Assembly (NCBI RefSeq): GCF_963921235.1
Contig: NC_086098.1
Coordinates: 1,054,001 to 1,118,000, forward strand
Length of the DNA stretch: 64,000 nt
From: Mobula hypostoma
Lineage: Eukaryota
Direction: 5' to 3'
Part shown: positions 12,120 through 24,843 of the stretch, piece after piece
Numbering within the stretch: position 1 is the first letter of the stretch
How the letters are laid out: the number at the start of each line of letters is the position of its first letter
The notes under the pieces: generated by a model
Database searches by the model: none
What the model was told of the DNA's origin: nothing
What the model saw: only the letters and a program-made list of their open reading frames with translations
Position numbers and translations under genes: made by a program

Positions 12120-12630
12120 AAACACAATATGCCGAGTGAACTCAGCAGATCAGGCAGCATCTATGGAGAGGAATAAACAGTCAATGTTTTGGGCTGAGAC
12201 CCTTCATCAGGACTGGAATGGAAGGGGATAGAAGCCAGAATAAGCCATCAACATTGATTTCTCTAACTTGCCCTTCACCACTCTCTTTAACCATTCACCA
12301 TTCTGCCTTCCCTCTTAACTTTTCTCTTCACCTGTCCATCACCTCCCTCTGGTGTCCCCACTTCCCTTTCTCCCATGATCCATTCTCCTCTCATGACAGA
12401 TTCGTTCTTCAGCCCTCTACCTTTTCCACTCTTCACCTCCTAGCTACTCACTTCCCTTCCCCCACCTGGTCTTACCTATCACCTGCTTGCGCTCTTTCCC
12501 TTCCTGTCTCAGCACGAAACATTGACTGTTTAATCATTTCCATAGCTGCTGCCTGACCTGCTGAGTTCCTCCAGCATTTTGTGTGTGTTACTTAGGACTT
12601 CCAACATCTTCAGAATCTCTTGTGTTTATG
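12120..12630. mobile_element. Inverted pair of Penelope-derived termini
   Basis: Minus-strand terminus 12120-12245 followed by a plus-strand terminus ending tgtgtgttacttaggacttccaacatcttcagaatctc. Confidence 0.7.
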
Positions 12631-12865
12631 AATACACTAGATAGCGGCTTAGATGAAAGTTCAGGTATTTTGTTATAACATTGAGTGTTCTAATTTTTAA
12701 ATAATTAAGTTTGTAGTCTCTGTGTATTATGAAACCAAAATAACAATTTTAATTTTGTTGCTATAATGACCATTTTTCTGTGCTTGATTCATACAGGGAT
12801 ATATTAAGATACAACATTGAGTAATCAAGACATCCGGTGTGCTGGGAACACCCAACTTTACCTCA

Positions 12866-13368
12866 ATGTATCCTATGTTAACAGTTTTGAGTATGTTTTA
12901 TTACATTTGCCTGCGGCGCAGAGCCAGATCTGGTACAAGAGGAGAAATAATGAACAGTCGGCGAGCTATCGAGTCAAGCAATCGCATCCTACCTCTCAGT
13001 GTTGAAGTGGTGCAGCATGTCAAAGAAGTGGTGGACTTCAGTTCTCAGTACGGCAGTGAGAACAGCTTGTCCTATACCATGTGGAATTTGTCTGGACTTC
13101 CCAATGTTTATCCAAGTTCTGGTGACTTCACTCAGACCGCTGTGTTTCGAACATATGGAAAATGGTGGGAAAAGTGCCCGAGTTCCCCTCCTCCTTTCAG
13201 GAGGATGCCTCATACTTTTCGGAGCCAGGAGTACGTTGAGCTTGTATTTGAAGAGGCTGTGTATCCAACGGCTATTGATGTTTTGGAAACGTATCACCCC
13301 GGAGCAATTGTTAGGATCTTGGCGTGCTCAGCAAATCCTTACTCTCAGACTCCTCCATCAGAAATTAG
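12866..13368 (+). CDS. FBXL4: FBXL4 (F-box/LRR protein 4), first coding exon; exon begins at 12797 with 5'UTR
   Basis: Translation [22 protein letters not shown]...[22 protein letters not shown]...[13 protein letters not shown]...[21 protein letters not shown] matches the vertebrate FBXL4 N-terminus as I recall it. Acceptor ttcatacag|G at 12796/12797, no ATG before 12866, donor AG|gtaaaa at 13368/13369 (phase 2). Confidence 0.95.
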
Positions 13369-13645
13369 GTAAAATTTCAAATATTTTGTCAACTTCAGTC
13401 ATGTGTATCATTACCTCATAACATAATGCACTGAGAATCGTCTTTAGAACACTAGAAGCACATTTAATCCACATTTTTCTTTTTAAGTTCAAGTATAAGT
13501 CTGTTAAATTGTCATTCAACTATACACCCAAATACACCCAAAAGAGCTTTCCTCTGAGGCTAAGATGCAAAACACAGTACATACAATGACACACAGCACA
13601 TATAGTTATGATAGTAGAAAAACATATAGTCACAAAATAAATATA

Positions 13646-15916
13646 CAGTGGCAGGCAAAAGTTTGGTCAAAATTTCTGTTACTGTGAATAGCTAAGTGAG
13701 TAAAAGATGAACTGATTTCCAAAAGGCATAAAGTTAAAGATGACACATTTTTTTAATATTTTAAGCAAGAAAACATTTTTAGTTCCATCTTTTACAGTGT
13801 CAAAATAACAAAAAAAGGAAAAGGGCCAGAAGCACAAGTTTGGGCACCCTGCATGGCAGTACATAGTAACACCCCCTTTGGCAAGTATCACAGCTTGTAA
13901 CGCTTCTTGTAGCCAGCTAAGTCTTTCAATTCTTGTTTGGGGGATTTTCGCCCATTCTTCCTTGCAACAGGCTTCTAGTTAGAAACATAGAAAATAGGTG
14001 CAGGAGTAGGCCATTCGGCCCTTCAAGCCTGCACCGCCATTCAGTATGATCATGGCTGATCATCCAGCTCAGAGCCCTGTACTAGCCTTCCCTCCGTACA
14101 CCCGATCCCTTTAGCCACAAGGGCCATATCTAATTCCCTCTTAATTATAGCCAATGAACTGGCCTCAACTGTTTCCTGTGGCAGAGAATTCCACAGATTC
14201 ACCACTCTGTATGTGAAGAAGTTTTTCCTAATCTCGGTCCTAAAAGGCATCCCTTTTATCCTCAAACTGTGACCCCTCGTTCTGCACTTCCCCAACATCA
14301 GGAGCAATCTTCCTGCATCTAGCTTGTCCAATCCCTTTAGGATTTTATACGTTTCAATAAGATTCCCCCTCAATCTTCTAAATTCCAATGAGTATAAGCC
14401 TAGTTCATCCAGTCTTTCATCATATGAAAGTCCTGCCGTCCCAGGAATCCATCTGGTGAACCTTCTTTGTACTCCCTCTATGGCAAGGATGTCTTTCCTC
14501 AGATTAGAGGACCAAAACTGTACACAATACTCCAGGTGTGGTCTCACCAAGGCCTTGTACAACTGCAGTAGTACCTCCCTGCTCCTGTACTCGAATCCTC
14601 TTGCTATATATGCCAGCATACCATTCGCCTTTTTCACCGCCTGTGAGATCTGTGAGATTCTTGGGCCGTGTTGCATGCACTGCTCTTTTGAGGTCTATCC
14701 ACAGATTCTCGATGTTTATGTCAGAGGACTGTGAGGGCCACGGCAAAACCTTCAGCTTGTGCCTCTTGAGGTAGTCCATTGTGGATTTTGAGGTTTGTTT
14801 AGGTTCATTATCCTGTTATAGAAGCCATCCCCTTTTCATCTTCGGCTTTTTTTTTACGGATGGTGTGATGTTTGCTTCCAGAATTTGCTGGTTTTTAATT
14901 GAATTCATTCTTCCTTCTACCAGTAAATGTTCCCCGTGCCACTGGCTGCAACACAAGCCCAAAGGTTGATTGATCCACCCCGTGCTTAACAGTTGGAGAG
15001 GGGTTCTTTTCATGAAATTCTGTACCCTTTTTTCTCCAAACATACTTTTGCTGATAGTGGCCAAGAAGTTCTACTCAGAAGGTTCAAAGGAACATCTAAA
15101 CAAGCCTGATGCATTTTGGAAACAAGTCCTGTGGACTGATGAAGTTAAAATAGAACTTTTTGGCCGCAATAAGCAAGGATCTGTTTGGAGAAAAAAGGGT
15201 GCAGAATTTCATGAAAAGAACCCCTCTCCAACTGTTAAGCATGGGGGTGGATCAATCATACTTTGGGCTTGTGTTGCAACCAATGGCACGGGGAACATTT
15301 ACTGGTAGAGGGAAGAATGAATTCAATTAAATACCAGCAAGTTCTGGAAGCAAACATCACACAGTCTGTAAAAAAGCCGAAGATGAAAAGAGGATGGCTT
15401 CTACAACAGGATAATGAACCTAAACACACCTCAAAATCCACAATGGACTACCTCAAGAGGTGCAAGCTGAAGGTTTTGCCATGGCGCTCACAGTCCCCCG
15501 ATGTAAACATCATCGAGAATCTGTGGATAGACCTCAAAAGAGCAGTGCATGCAAGACGGCTCAAGAATCTCACAGAATTAGCAGCCTTTTGCAAGGAAGA
15601 ATGGGCGAAAATCCCCCAAACAAGAATTGAAAGACTCTTAACTGGTTACAAAAAGCATTTGCAAGCTGTGATACTTGCCAAAGGGGTGTTACTAAGTACT
15701 GCCATGCAGGGTGCCCAAACTTTTGCTTCGGGCCCTTTTCCTTTTTTGTAATTTTGAAACTGTAAAAGATGAAAATAAAAAAGTTTTCTTAAAATATTAA
15801 AGAAATGTGTCATCTTTAACTTTATGCCTTTTGGAAATTAGTTCATCTTTTACTCGCTTAGCTATTCACAGTAACAGAAATTTTGACCGGGGCGCTCAAA
15901 CTTTTGCATGCCACTG
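13646..15916. mobile_element. Tc1-family (DD34E, IR/DR type) transposon with fold-back structure
   Basis: TA|CAGTGGCA...TGCCACTG|TA. Motifs WTDE, QQDNEPKH and SPDVNIIENLW with 34 residues between D and E. The transposase 3' half is present on both strands. Confidence 0.9.
13981..14645 (-). mobile_element. Young CR1 3' fragment inserted in the Tc1 left arm
   Basis: ORF 14050-14676 AVKKANGML...RPHLEYCVQFW...; TTCTATGT-type tail; near-identical to 55686-56350. Confidence 0.9.
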
Positions 15917-16241
15917 TATAGCCCAAGTCCTTGAGTATTTGAATATTCCTATTGATAACTGGCATCCAATGTGACAAGTGACAAATTGAACTCTAGTTCA
16001 CACTAACAGTTGTAAAATTGGACATCAATATTTTTAGATTATAATCCGCATTTTAGTTTTTCACCTCATTCATTGAATCTTTAGATATTCCTTGCCCCAA
16101 AATTTTAAATGTTCATTTTATCTGCCCATCCTTTTGACTTTTAGTAAATTCAATAAACTAATTGTACCTATTAATGGAGCAACACATAACAAAGTTGCTG
16201 GTGAACGCAGCAGGCCAGGCAGCATCTCTAGGAAGAGGTGC

Positions 16242-16277
16242 AGTCAACGTTTCAGGCCGAGACCCTTCGTCAGGACT
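16242..16277 (-). ncRNA. Minimal type-I hammerhead ribozyme motif
   Basis: Reverse complement AGTCCTGACGAAGGGTCTCGGCCTGAAACGTTGACT (GUU triplet). Confidence 0.65.
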
Positions 16278-17906
16278 AACTGAAGGAAGAGTGAGTAAGG
16301 GATTTGAAAGTTGGAGAGGGAGGCGGAGATCCAAAATGATAGGAGAAGACAGGAGGGGGAGGGATGGAGCCAAGAGCTGGACAGGTGATAGGCAAAAGGG
16401 ATACGAGAGGATCATGGGACAGGTCTGGGAAGAAAGATCGGGGGGGGGAACCAGAGGATGGGCAAGGGGCATATTCAGAGGGAGAAAAAGGAGAGTGAGA
16501 GAAAGAATGTGTGTATAAAAATAAGTAACAGATGGGGTACGAGGGGGAGGTGGGGCATTAGCGGAAGTTAGAGAAGTCGATGTTGATGCCATCAGGTTGG
16601 AGGCTACCCAGACGGAATATAAGGTGTTGTTCCTCCAACTTGAGTGTGGCTTCATCTTTACAGTAGAGGAGGCCATGGATAGACATGTCAGAATGGGAAT
16701 GGGATGTGGAATTAAAATGTGTGGCCACTGGGAGATCCTGCTTTCTCTGGCGGAGGTGTTCAGCAAAGCGGTCTCCCAGTCTGCGTCGGGTCTCGCCAAT
16801 ATATAAAAGGCCACATCGGGAGCACCGGACGCAGTATATCACCCCAGCCGACTCACAGGTGAAGTGTTGCCTCACCTGGAAGGACTGTTTGGGGCCCTGA
16901 ATGGTGGTAAGGGAGGAAGTGAAGGGCATGTGTAGCACTTGTTCCGCTTACACGGATAAGTGCCAAGAGGGAGATCAGTGGGGAGGGATGGGGGGGACGA
17001 ATGGACAAGGGAGTCGCGTAGGGAGCGATCCCTGGGGAATGCAGAGAGAGTGGGGGAGGGAAAGATGTGCTTAGTGGTGGGATCCCGTTGGAGGTGGCGG
17101 AAGTTACGGAGAATAATATGTTGGACCCGGAGGCTGGTGGGGTGGTAGGTGAGGACCAGGGGAACCCTATTCCTAGTGGGGTGGCGGGAGGATGGAGTGA
17201 GAGCAGATGTACGTGAAATGGGGGAGATGCGTTTAAGAACAGAGTTGATAGTGAAGGAAGGGAAGCCCCTTTCTTTAAAAAAGGAAGACATCTCCCTCGT
17301 CCTAGAATGAAAAGCCTCATCCTGAGAGCAGATGCGGCGGAGACGGAGGAATTGCGAGAAGGGGATGGCGTTTTTGCAAGAGACAGGGTGAGAAGAGGAA
17401 TAGTCCAGATAGCTGTGAGAATCAGTAAGCTTATAGTAGACATCAGTGGATAAGCTGTCTCCAGAGACAGAGACAGAAAGATCTAGAAAGGGGAGGGAGG
17501 TGTCGGAAATGGACCAGGTAAACTTGAGGGCAGGGTGAGGAACAACACCTTGTATTCCGTCTGAGTAGCCTCCAACCTGATGGCATGAACATCGACTTCT
17601 CTATCTTCCGCTAATGCCCCACCTCCCCCTCGTACCCCATCTGTTACTTATTTTTATACACACATTCTTTCTCTCATTCTCCTTTTTCTCCCTCTGTCCC
17701 TCTGAATATGCCCCTTGCCCATCCTCTGGTTCCCCCACCCCTGTCTTTCTTCCCGGACCTCCTGTCCCATGATCCTCTCGTATCCCTTTTGCCTATCACC
17801 TGTCCAGATCTTGGCTCCATCCCTCCCCCTCCTGTCTTCTCCTGTCATTTTGGATCTTCCCCTCCCCCTCCAACTTTCAAATCCCTTACTCACTCTTCCT
17901 TCAGTT

Positions 17907-17942
17907 AGTCCTGATGAAGGGTCTCGGCCTGAAACGTCGACT
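17907..17942 (+). ncRNA. Minimal type-I hammerhead ribozyme motif
   Basis: AGTC-CTGATGA-AGG gtctcgg CCT-GAAA-CG-TC-GACT: stem I AGTC/GACT, CUGANGA and GAAA core, GUC cleavage triplet, palindromic ACGT in place of stem III. Confidence 0.75.
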
Positions 17943-18189
17943 GCGCCTCTTCCTAGAGATGCTGCCTGGCCTGCTGCGTTCACCAGCAACTTTGATGTGT
18001 GTTGCTTGAATTTCCAGCATCTGCAGAATTCCTGTTGTGTGCCTATTAATGGATTGTATTGTCGGAGAGGATAATTGTTGTGAAAACTACAAGTTCACAA
18101 TAATACGGAAAACTGTTCAACAGGGTGGATAGTTAGTCTTCCATAGAATACTACAGTCGAGCTATCAGGAGAACCTATGTAGAGTTATC

Positions 18190-20090
18190 GGGTGCAGAGT
18201 ATTCTGAAGTGAGAGGGTGAACAGCCAGAAGTCTTGGTACACGGTGGTACTAATGACATGGGTAGAAAAAGGGAGGCGGTCCTTACGAGAGAATTCAGGG
18301 AGTTGGGGAGGAAGCGGAAAAGCAGGACCTCCAGGGGAGTAATCGCAGGAATGCTGCCTGTGCCATGATCAGGCATATTAATACGTAGCTGAGAGAGACT
18401 GGTGAAGGCGGCAGGGCTTCGGGTTCCTGGATCATTGGGGCCTCTTCTGGGGAGGTACCACCTGTACAAAATGGATGAGTTACACCAAAACCCAAAGGTG
18501 TCCAATATCCTAGCAGGCAGGTTTAGTCGATCTGTTCGGGAGGGTTTAAACTAATTTTGGTAGGGGGATGGGAACCAGAGTGATAGGGCTGAGAAAGGGG
18601 AAAACAGAAATAAATGAATGATAGTGTGCAACAAAGATGATAGAAAGGACAGGCAGAAGATGAGGCATAATGACAGCAGGTGGGATGAGTTTCAAGTTAG
18701 TTGAGGCGTTGTGCAGTTAAAACGGAAAGCAAAAAATACTGGACTGAAAATGTTATATTTGAATGTATGCAGCATCAGAAATAGAGTGGGCGATCTTGAA
18801 ATTCAGCTATAGATTGGCAAGTAAAAAGTTGTGGCCATCTCTGAAATTTGGCTAAAGGATGGCTGCCATTGGGAGCTGAACGTCCAAGGATATACGGTGT
18901 ATCAGAAAGATAGATTAGTAGACAGAGGGGGTGGTGTGGCCCTGTGTATAAGAAATAATATTAAATCATTAGAAAGGGATGACATAGGATCTCTATGGGT
19001 TGAGTTAAGAAATGACATGGGTAAAAGGACCCTAATGGCAGTTGTATACAGGGCTCCAAACAGCAGCTGGGATGTGGATTGCAAATTACAGCAGGAGATA
19101 GAAAAGGCGTGTCAGAAGGGCAATGTCATGATAATCACTGGGGATTTTAACATGAAACTGGATTAAGAAAACCAGGCCAGTACTGCACCTCAAGAGAGAA
19201 AATTTGTAGAATGTCTTAAGGGATGGCTTTTCAGAACAGCTTGTTGAGCCCACTGGGGGATCGGCTGTGCTGGATTGGGTGTTGTGAAATGATATGGAGG
19301 TGATGAGAAAGCTTAAGTTTAAGGAACCCTTGGGGAACAGTGATCACAATATGATTGAGTTCACTTTGAAATTTGAGAAGAAGAAACTAAATTCCAATGT
19401 GTCAGTATTTCAGTGGAATAAATGAAATTACAATGGCGTGGGAGGGGGACTGACTAAGGTTGACTGGAAAGAAGGACAGCAGAGCAGCAATTGCTGGAAT
19501 TTCTGCGAAAAATGAGGGAAGTGCAAGACAGATATATTCCAAATAAGAAGAAATTTTCGAATGGAAGAAGGACACTATCATGGCTGACAAGTGAAGTCAC
19601 AGCTAAAGTAAAAGCAAAAGAGAGGGATGCAAGGAAGCTAAAACCAGTGGGAAGGTAGAGGACTGGGAAGCTTATTAAAACCTACAGAAGGAAACCAAGA
19701 AGGTCATTAGGAAGGAAAAGATGAATTATGAAAGAAAGCTGGTGATTAATATCAAAGAAGATAGTAAAAGCTTTTTTAAGTTTATAAAGGGTAAAAGAGA
19801 GTTGAGTGTAGATGTAGGACCAATAGAAAATGACTCTGGAGAAATTATAATGAGAGACGCAGAGATGGCAGAGGAACTGAATGCATATTTTGCATCAGTC
19901 TTCACAATGGAAGACATCTGCAGAATACCGGTCATTCAAGAGTGCCAGGGAAGTGAAGTATGTGCAGTGAAAATTACGACTGAGAAGGTGCTCAGGAAGC
20001 TTAATGGTCTGAGGGTGGATAAATCTCCTGGACCTGATGGAATGCACTCTTGAGTTCTGAAGGAAGTAGTTGGAGAGATTGCGCAGGCAT
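18190..20090 (+). mobile_element. CR1 LINE, ORF1 esterase end through endonuclease to RT start, degraded
   Basis: GTND esterase motif near 18245; AISEIWL..GGGVAL..VVYRAPN..GDFN; KSPGPDG. Confidence 0.85.
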
Positions 20091-20661
20091 TCTCCATCGA
20101 CAGTTTCCTGCCCAGTTAAAATGGTATAGTGTACCAAATAAACAAAGGGAATCCTGGCAGTTTTCTCAATTAGATTTTGTTCTTTAGATTGTTCCAAAAT
20201 AAGTGACTGTCCTGATTAACCGATGGCCCAATTAACCAGAATCCAGTGTATTTGTAGAGTTATGTTCACTTGTTACAGTAAGTAGAATTTGAATTTCATT
20301 TAGCTTTGTAATGTTAACAGGTAAGTTTCTTTTTGTATGGGAGTTGTTTTTGCCTTGCTTTTCACTTTAGCAGAAGGCTTATGGAGGAAGTGGCTTATGG
20401 AGGAAGGTACCTTTGTTTTCAAGTTTTCTTGCTGAGGACTGAGTGAATATGATGTCGTGCTTTGCAAATTGTACCAAAGTTGTTAGTTTTGGTGTGAAAC
20501 TTTTCATATATTTCAGTGCAGGTTTTATCCTGTACTCTGATCAAATTCTGTAACGGTTGCTAGGTCAAACTTGGAAGACATCTGATGATAGTAGCAACAT
20601 GTGGTCTTGAATCAATGGTTCAGAACACTGCTACAAAACACTATCAGTTCTTTATCATATG

Positions 20662-21010
20662 TAACACATACAAAATGCTGGAGGAACTCAAAAGGTCAGG
20701 CAGCATCTATGGAGAGGAATAAACAGTCAATGTTTTAGGCTGAGACGCTTCACCAAGACTGGAAAGGAAAGGGGAGGAAGCCAGAATAAAAAGTTGTGGG
20801 GGCAGGAGGAAGGGAAGGAGTCTAAGCTGGAAAGTGATGGGTGAATCCAGGTCGGTTGGTAGGGAAAGTAAAATTAAGTAAGAAACTGAGAGATGATAGG
20901 TGCCAAAAGGTAAAGGGCTGAAGAAGGAATCTGATTGGAGAGGAGAGTGGACCATGGGGGAGAAGGAAATTACTAAGGGCACCAGAGGAGGTGAAAGGTA
21001 GGTGAGGGGA
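20662..21010 (-). mobile_element. Penelope-derived terminus, older subfamily
   Basis: ACAAAATGCTGGAGGAACTC terminus plus a decayed hammerhead motif at 20725-20760. Confidence 0.7.
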
Positions 21011-21149
21011 AGCGGGAACTTTATCACATATATCTTAGATACATACCTCTGTACTAATCCTGTGGTTTTTAAAAAAAAAGAATTATTTTTTGTTTTAAAA
21101 TAATGTGTATTTTACTTGCCAGAGTAATAAGCAGATCTTTTGGAGAATT

Positions 21150-24100
21150 CCTGATCAACTGGCTGGAGTGTTCACTGAGGACTTTAACCACTTGCTTTGG
21201 GAGTCTGAAATACCCACTTGCTTCGAGCAGGCTTCTATTATGTCGGTGCCCAAGAACAGCATGGTAACCTGCCTCTACAAGACACAAGAGCAGAGTTAGG
21301 CCATTCAGCCCATCGGGTCAGCTCGGCCATTCAATCATGGCTCATGCTGGATCCCACTCAACCCTATACACCTGCCTTCTTGCCATATCCTTTGATGCCA
21401 TGACTGATCAGGAAAAATCGTGGACCCTGGCACTTGGGAGGCAAACTACCATCTGTGTGACCTTTTTGTGTCCACAGAATCGCCTGTCTGTCCTCCTGAC
21501 TATAGAATCCCCTATTACTGCTGCCGTCCTCTTTAGTTCCTGCCCTTCTGAGCTACAGGGCCAGACTCAGTGCCAGAGGCACGACCGCTGTTCTTTTCCC
21601 CAAGTAGTTTGGCTACAGGGGTGCTCACCACTATCTGACATTCTCCCTTACCTCTCCTGACAGTCACCTATTTATCTGTCTCCTGCAGCTTCTGTCTATC
21701 ACTGCTTCACTTTTCCTAACAAGCCGAAGGTCATTAAGCTGCAACTCCAGTTCCCTGACATGGTCTCTAAGGAGCTGTATCTCGATGCACCTGGTGCAGA
21801 TGTGGCCATCAAGGAGGTTGGAAGTCTTCCTGAAATTCCACATCTGACACCCAGAGCAGAACATGGGTCTGTAGACATACCCCCTGTTCTCTCAAGATCT
21901 AAATAAAAAATAAAGAATGAACTTACCTACCTTGCTTCCTCTTGTTCTTGCTGAAACCTTGTTGAACCAAAGCCTTACTACTCTGCCTCAGGCAATTCCA
22001 ACGATGGCCGCTGCCATGATGGCCATTCCGCTAGACGGTACCTCTATAAAGACTGGGTTTTTAAAGCTCTTCACCAGACCTGCGTGGGTATGCTTCTGTT
22101 GCATCTGCGCAGTACTCCAATCACCGACACCTGTTGGAAAAACTTGGTGCTTTTTTCAATGATTATTGCCCAGTAGCAGTTAAATCAACAGTGATGAAGT
22201 GTTTTGAGTGGTGGATGGTGAAACTCACCAACTCCTGCCTGAGAAGTAACTTGGATCCGCTGCAATTTGCCTACTATAACACCAGGCCCACAGCATGATG
22301 TCATCTCACTGGCTTTTCACTCAGTCCTGGAATGTCTGTACAGCAAAGATGCATACATCAGGATGCTATTTATTGACTACAGCTTAGCATTCAATACTAT
22401 CATACTCTCAAGACTAACCAATGTGCTTCAAGACTTTGGCCTTAATACTTCCTTCCGCAATTGAATCCTTGATTTCCTCACCTGCAGACCCCAGTCAGTT
22501 CAGATAAATAGCATTTCCTCCACAATATCCATCAACACAGGTGCACCAGAAGGCTGTGCTTAGAAACCTTCTGTAGTCACTTTACAGTTATGACTGTGTG
22601 GCTCTGCACAGCTCCAATGCTTTATTCAAGTTTTCAGATGACACCACTGTCATAGGCTGAACCAAAGGCGGTGATGAATCAGCATATAGGAGGCAGGTTG
22701 AAAATCTGGCTGAGTGGTGCCACAATAACAACCTGTTACTCAATGTCAGCCAGACCAAGAGGCTAATTATTGACTTCAGGAGGAAACTAGAGGTCCATGA
22801 AGCAGTCTTCATTGGGGGATCAGAGGTGGAGAGGGTCAGCAACTTTAAATTCCTTGGTGTTATAATTTCAGGGGATCTGTCCTGGACCCAGCATGTAAAT
22901 CCAATTATGAAGACAGTACAGCAGTGCCTCCACTTCCTTAGAAGTTTGCGAAGATTTGGCATGACAATCAAAAACTTTGGCAAGCCTGTAGATGTGTGGT
23001 GAAGAGGGTTAGGGTCACCATCTGGTATGGAAACACCAATGTCCTTGAACGGAAAATCCTACAAAATTAGAGTATATGGCCAAGTCCATCACGAGTAGAG
23101 CCCTTCCACCATTGAGCACATTTACACAGAGCATTGTTGCAGGAAAGCGGCATTCATTATCAGAGTTCTCCCACTGCCCAGATCAAGCTCTTGCTGTTCC
23201 CATCAGGCATTTATAGCGAGAGGATTCGAGTACAGGAGCAGGGAGGTACTACTGCAGTTGTACAAGGCCTTGGTGAGACCACACCTGGAGTATTGTGTGC
23301 AGTTTTGGTCCTCTAATCTGAGGAAAGACATCCTTGCCATAGAGGGAGTACAAAGAAAGTTCACCAGGTGGATTCCTGGGATGGCAGGACTTTCATATGA
23401 AGAAAGACTGGATGAATTAGGCTTGTACTCGTTGGAATTTAGAAGATTGAGGGGGGATCTGATTGAAACGTATAAAATCCTAAAGGAATTGGACAGGCTA
23501 GATGCAGGAAGATTGTTCCCGATGTTGGGGAAGTCCAGAACAAGGGGTCACAGTTTGAGGATAAGGGGGAAGCCTTTTAGGACTGAGATTAGGAAAAACT
23601 TCTTCACACAGAGAGTGGTGAATCTGTGGAATTCTCTGCCACAGGAAACAGTTGAGGCCAGTTCATTGGCTATATTTAAGAGGGAGTTAGATATGGCCCT
23701 TGTGGCTATGGGGATCAGTGGGTGTGGAGGGAAGGCTGGTGCAGGGTTCTGAGTTGGATGATCAGCCATGATCATAATAAATGGTGGTGCAGGCTCGAAA
23801 GGCAGAATGGCCTACTCCTGCACCTATTTTTCTATGTTTCTATGAAAGAGGTTAAGGAGCCTCAGGACTCATACCACCAGGTTCAGGAACAGTAATTACC
23901 CCTCAGTCATCAGGCTCTTGAACTAAAAGGGATAACTTCATCCACCTTCATCAATTGCCCCATCATTGAACTGTTCACACAACCTATGGAGTCACTTTTA
24001 AGGACTCTTCATCTTATGTTCTTGATATTTATTGCTTTTTTTTCTCTTTTTGTATTTGCAGTTTGTTGTCATTTGCACACTGGTTATCCCCTTTTGATGT

Positions 24101-24150
24101 GGTCTTTCATTGATTCTATTGTGGTAATTGGATTTATTAAGTATGCCTGT
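21150..24150 (+). mobile_element. Rex1/Babar RT relic interrupted by CR1 pieces (21280-22160 minus; 23206-23845 plus)
   Basis: IPTCFEQASIMSVPK; AYIRMLFIDYSLAFNTII; KFSDDTTVIG; coding resumes after each insert. Confidence 0.7.
23206..23845 (+). mobile_element. Young CR1 3' fragment
   Basis: ORF 23258-23752 near-identical to the end of ORF 54601-56253; TTCTATGT tail. Confidence 0.9.
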
Positions 24151-24843
24151 GGGTGGACTTAATCAGCAAGGGTAAAAAAAAACATTATGGGAATTGCATT
24201 AGGCCCTCAAATAGTAGCCAAGATGTGGGGTTGAGATTGCAAAGGAAGCTGGAAAAAGCATGTAATTAGGGCAGTGACACAATTGTAATGGGGGACTTCA
24301 ATATGCACTTCAATACTTCAATAGATCTTATTAGGGAGCTTAATGTAAAAGAACTCTCAGGAGGCAGTGATCATATTATTGAATTCATACAGCAATTTGA
24401 GAGGGAGAAGTATAAGTCATATGTATCAGTTTTGCAATGGAATAAAGGGAATTACAGAGGCATGAGAGAGGAGCTTGCCCAGATGGATTAGAGGAGGATA
24501 CTGGCAGGGATGAGAGGAGAGCAGAGATGGCTGAAGTTTCTGGAAATCGTTCACAGGACGCTGGATAGATATGTCCCACAGAGGAAGAAGTTCCCAAATG
24601 GCAGGGGTAGGCAAATATGGCTGACAAGGGAAATTAAGGACTGTATGAAAGCCAAGGAAAGGGCATATAAGGTAGAAACAGTGAGTGGGAAGTTGCATGA
24701 TTGGGAAGCTTTTCAAATCTAACAAACAGCAACTAAAAAAAGCTGTAAGAAGGGAAAACTTGAAATATGAGGGCAAACTAGCCAATAATATAAAGCAGAA
24801 TACCAAGGTGAGAATTAGTATTGGACCACTGGAAAATGATGCT
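24150..24843 (+). mobile_element. CR1 endonuclease/linker fragment (resumes at 33488-33820)
   Basis: MGDFNM..., GGSDH, WNKGNYRGMREELA; GPLENDA|GEVLMGDKE rejoins across the RTE insertion. Confidence 0.75.

Larger units (their letters stand above)
16179..18038. mobile_element. Penelope-like element (Neptune-type): inverted arm 16179-17537 (-) plus direct arm 17538-18038 (+)
   Basis: RT C-terminus (FLDL...DVYYK..DSHSYLDY..SHP), CxxxxCxxC linker and GIY-YIG (VIYCVRCSRCGLLYIGET..RL..RF.EH). TSD gt(a/g)cctattaatgga at 16164-16178 and 18039-18053. Confidence 0.9.

Noticed and set aside
12839..12865. N-terminal extension MLGTPNFTS of FBXL4 in the ORF track
   Set aside because: It starts at GTG; the first ATG is at 12866.
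16162..16518. Recurrent ~100-aa ORFs beginning LVNAAGQAASLGRG (also at 9574, 17654, 27442, 29136, 61280) as a novel small-protein family
   Set aside because: They are antisense readings of the purine/pyrimidine-biased Penelope pseudo-LTR, mostly with non-ATG starts and with frames that vary between copies.
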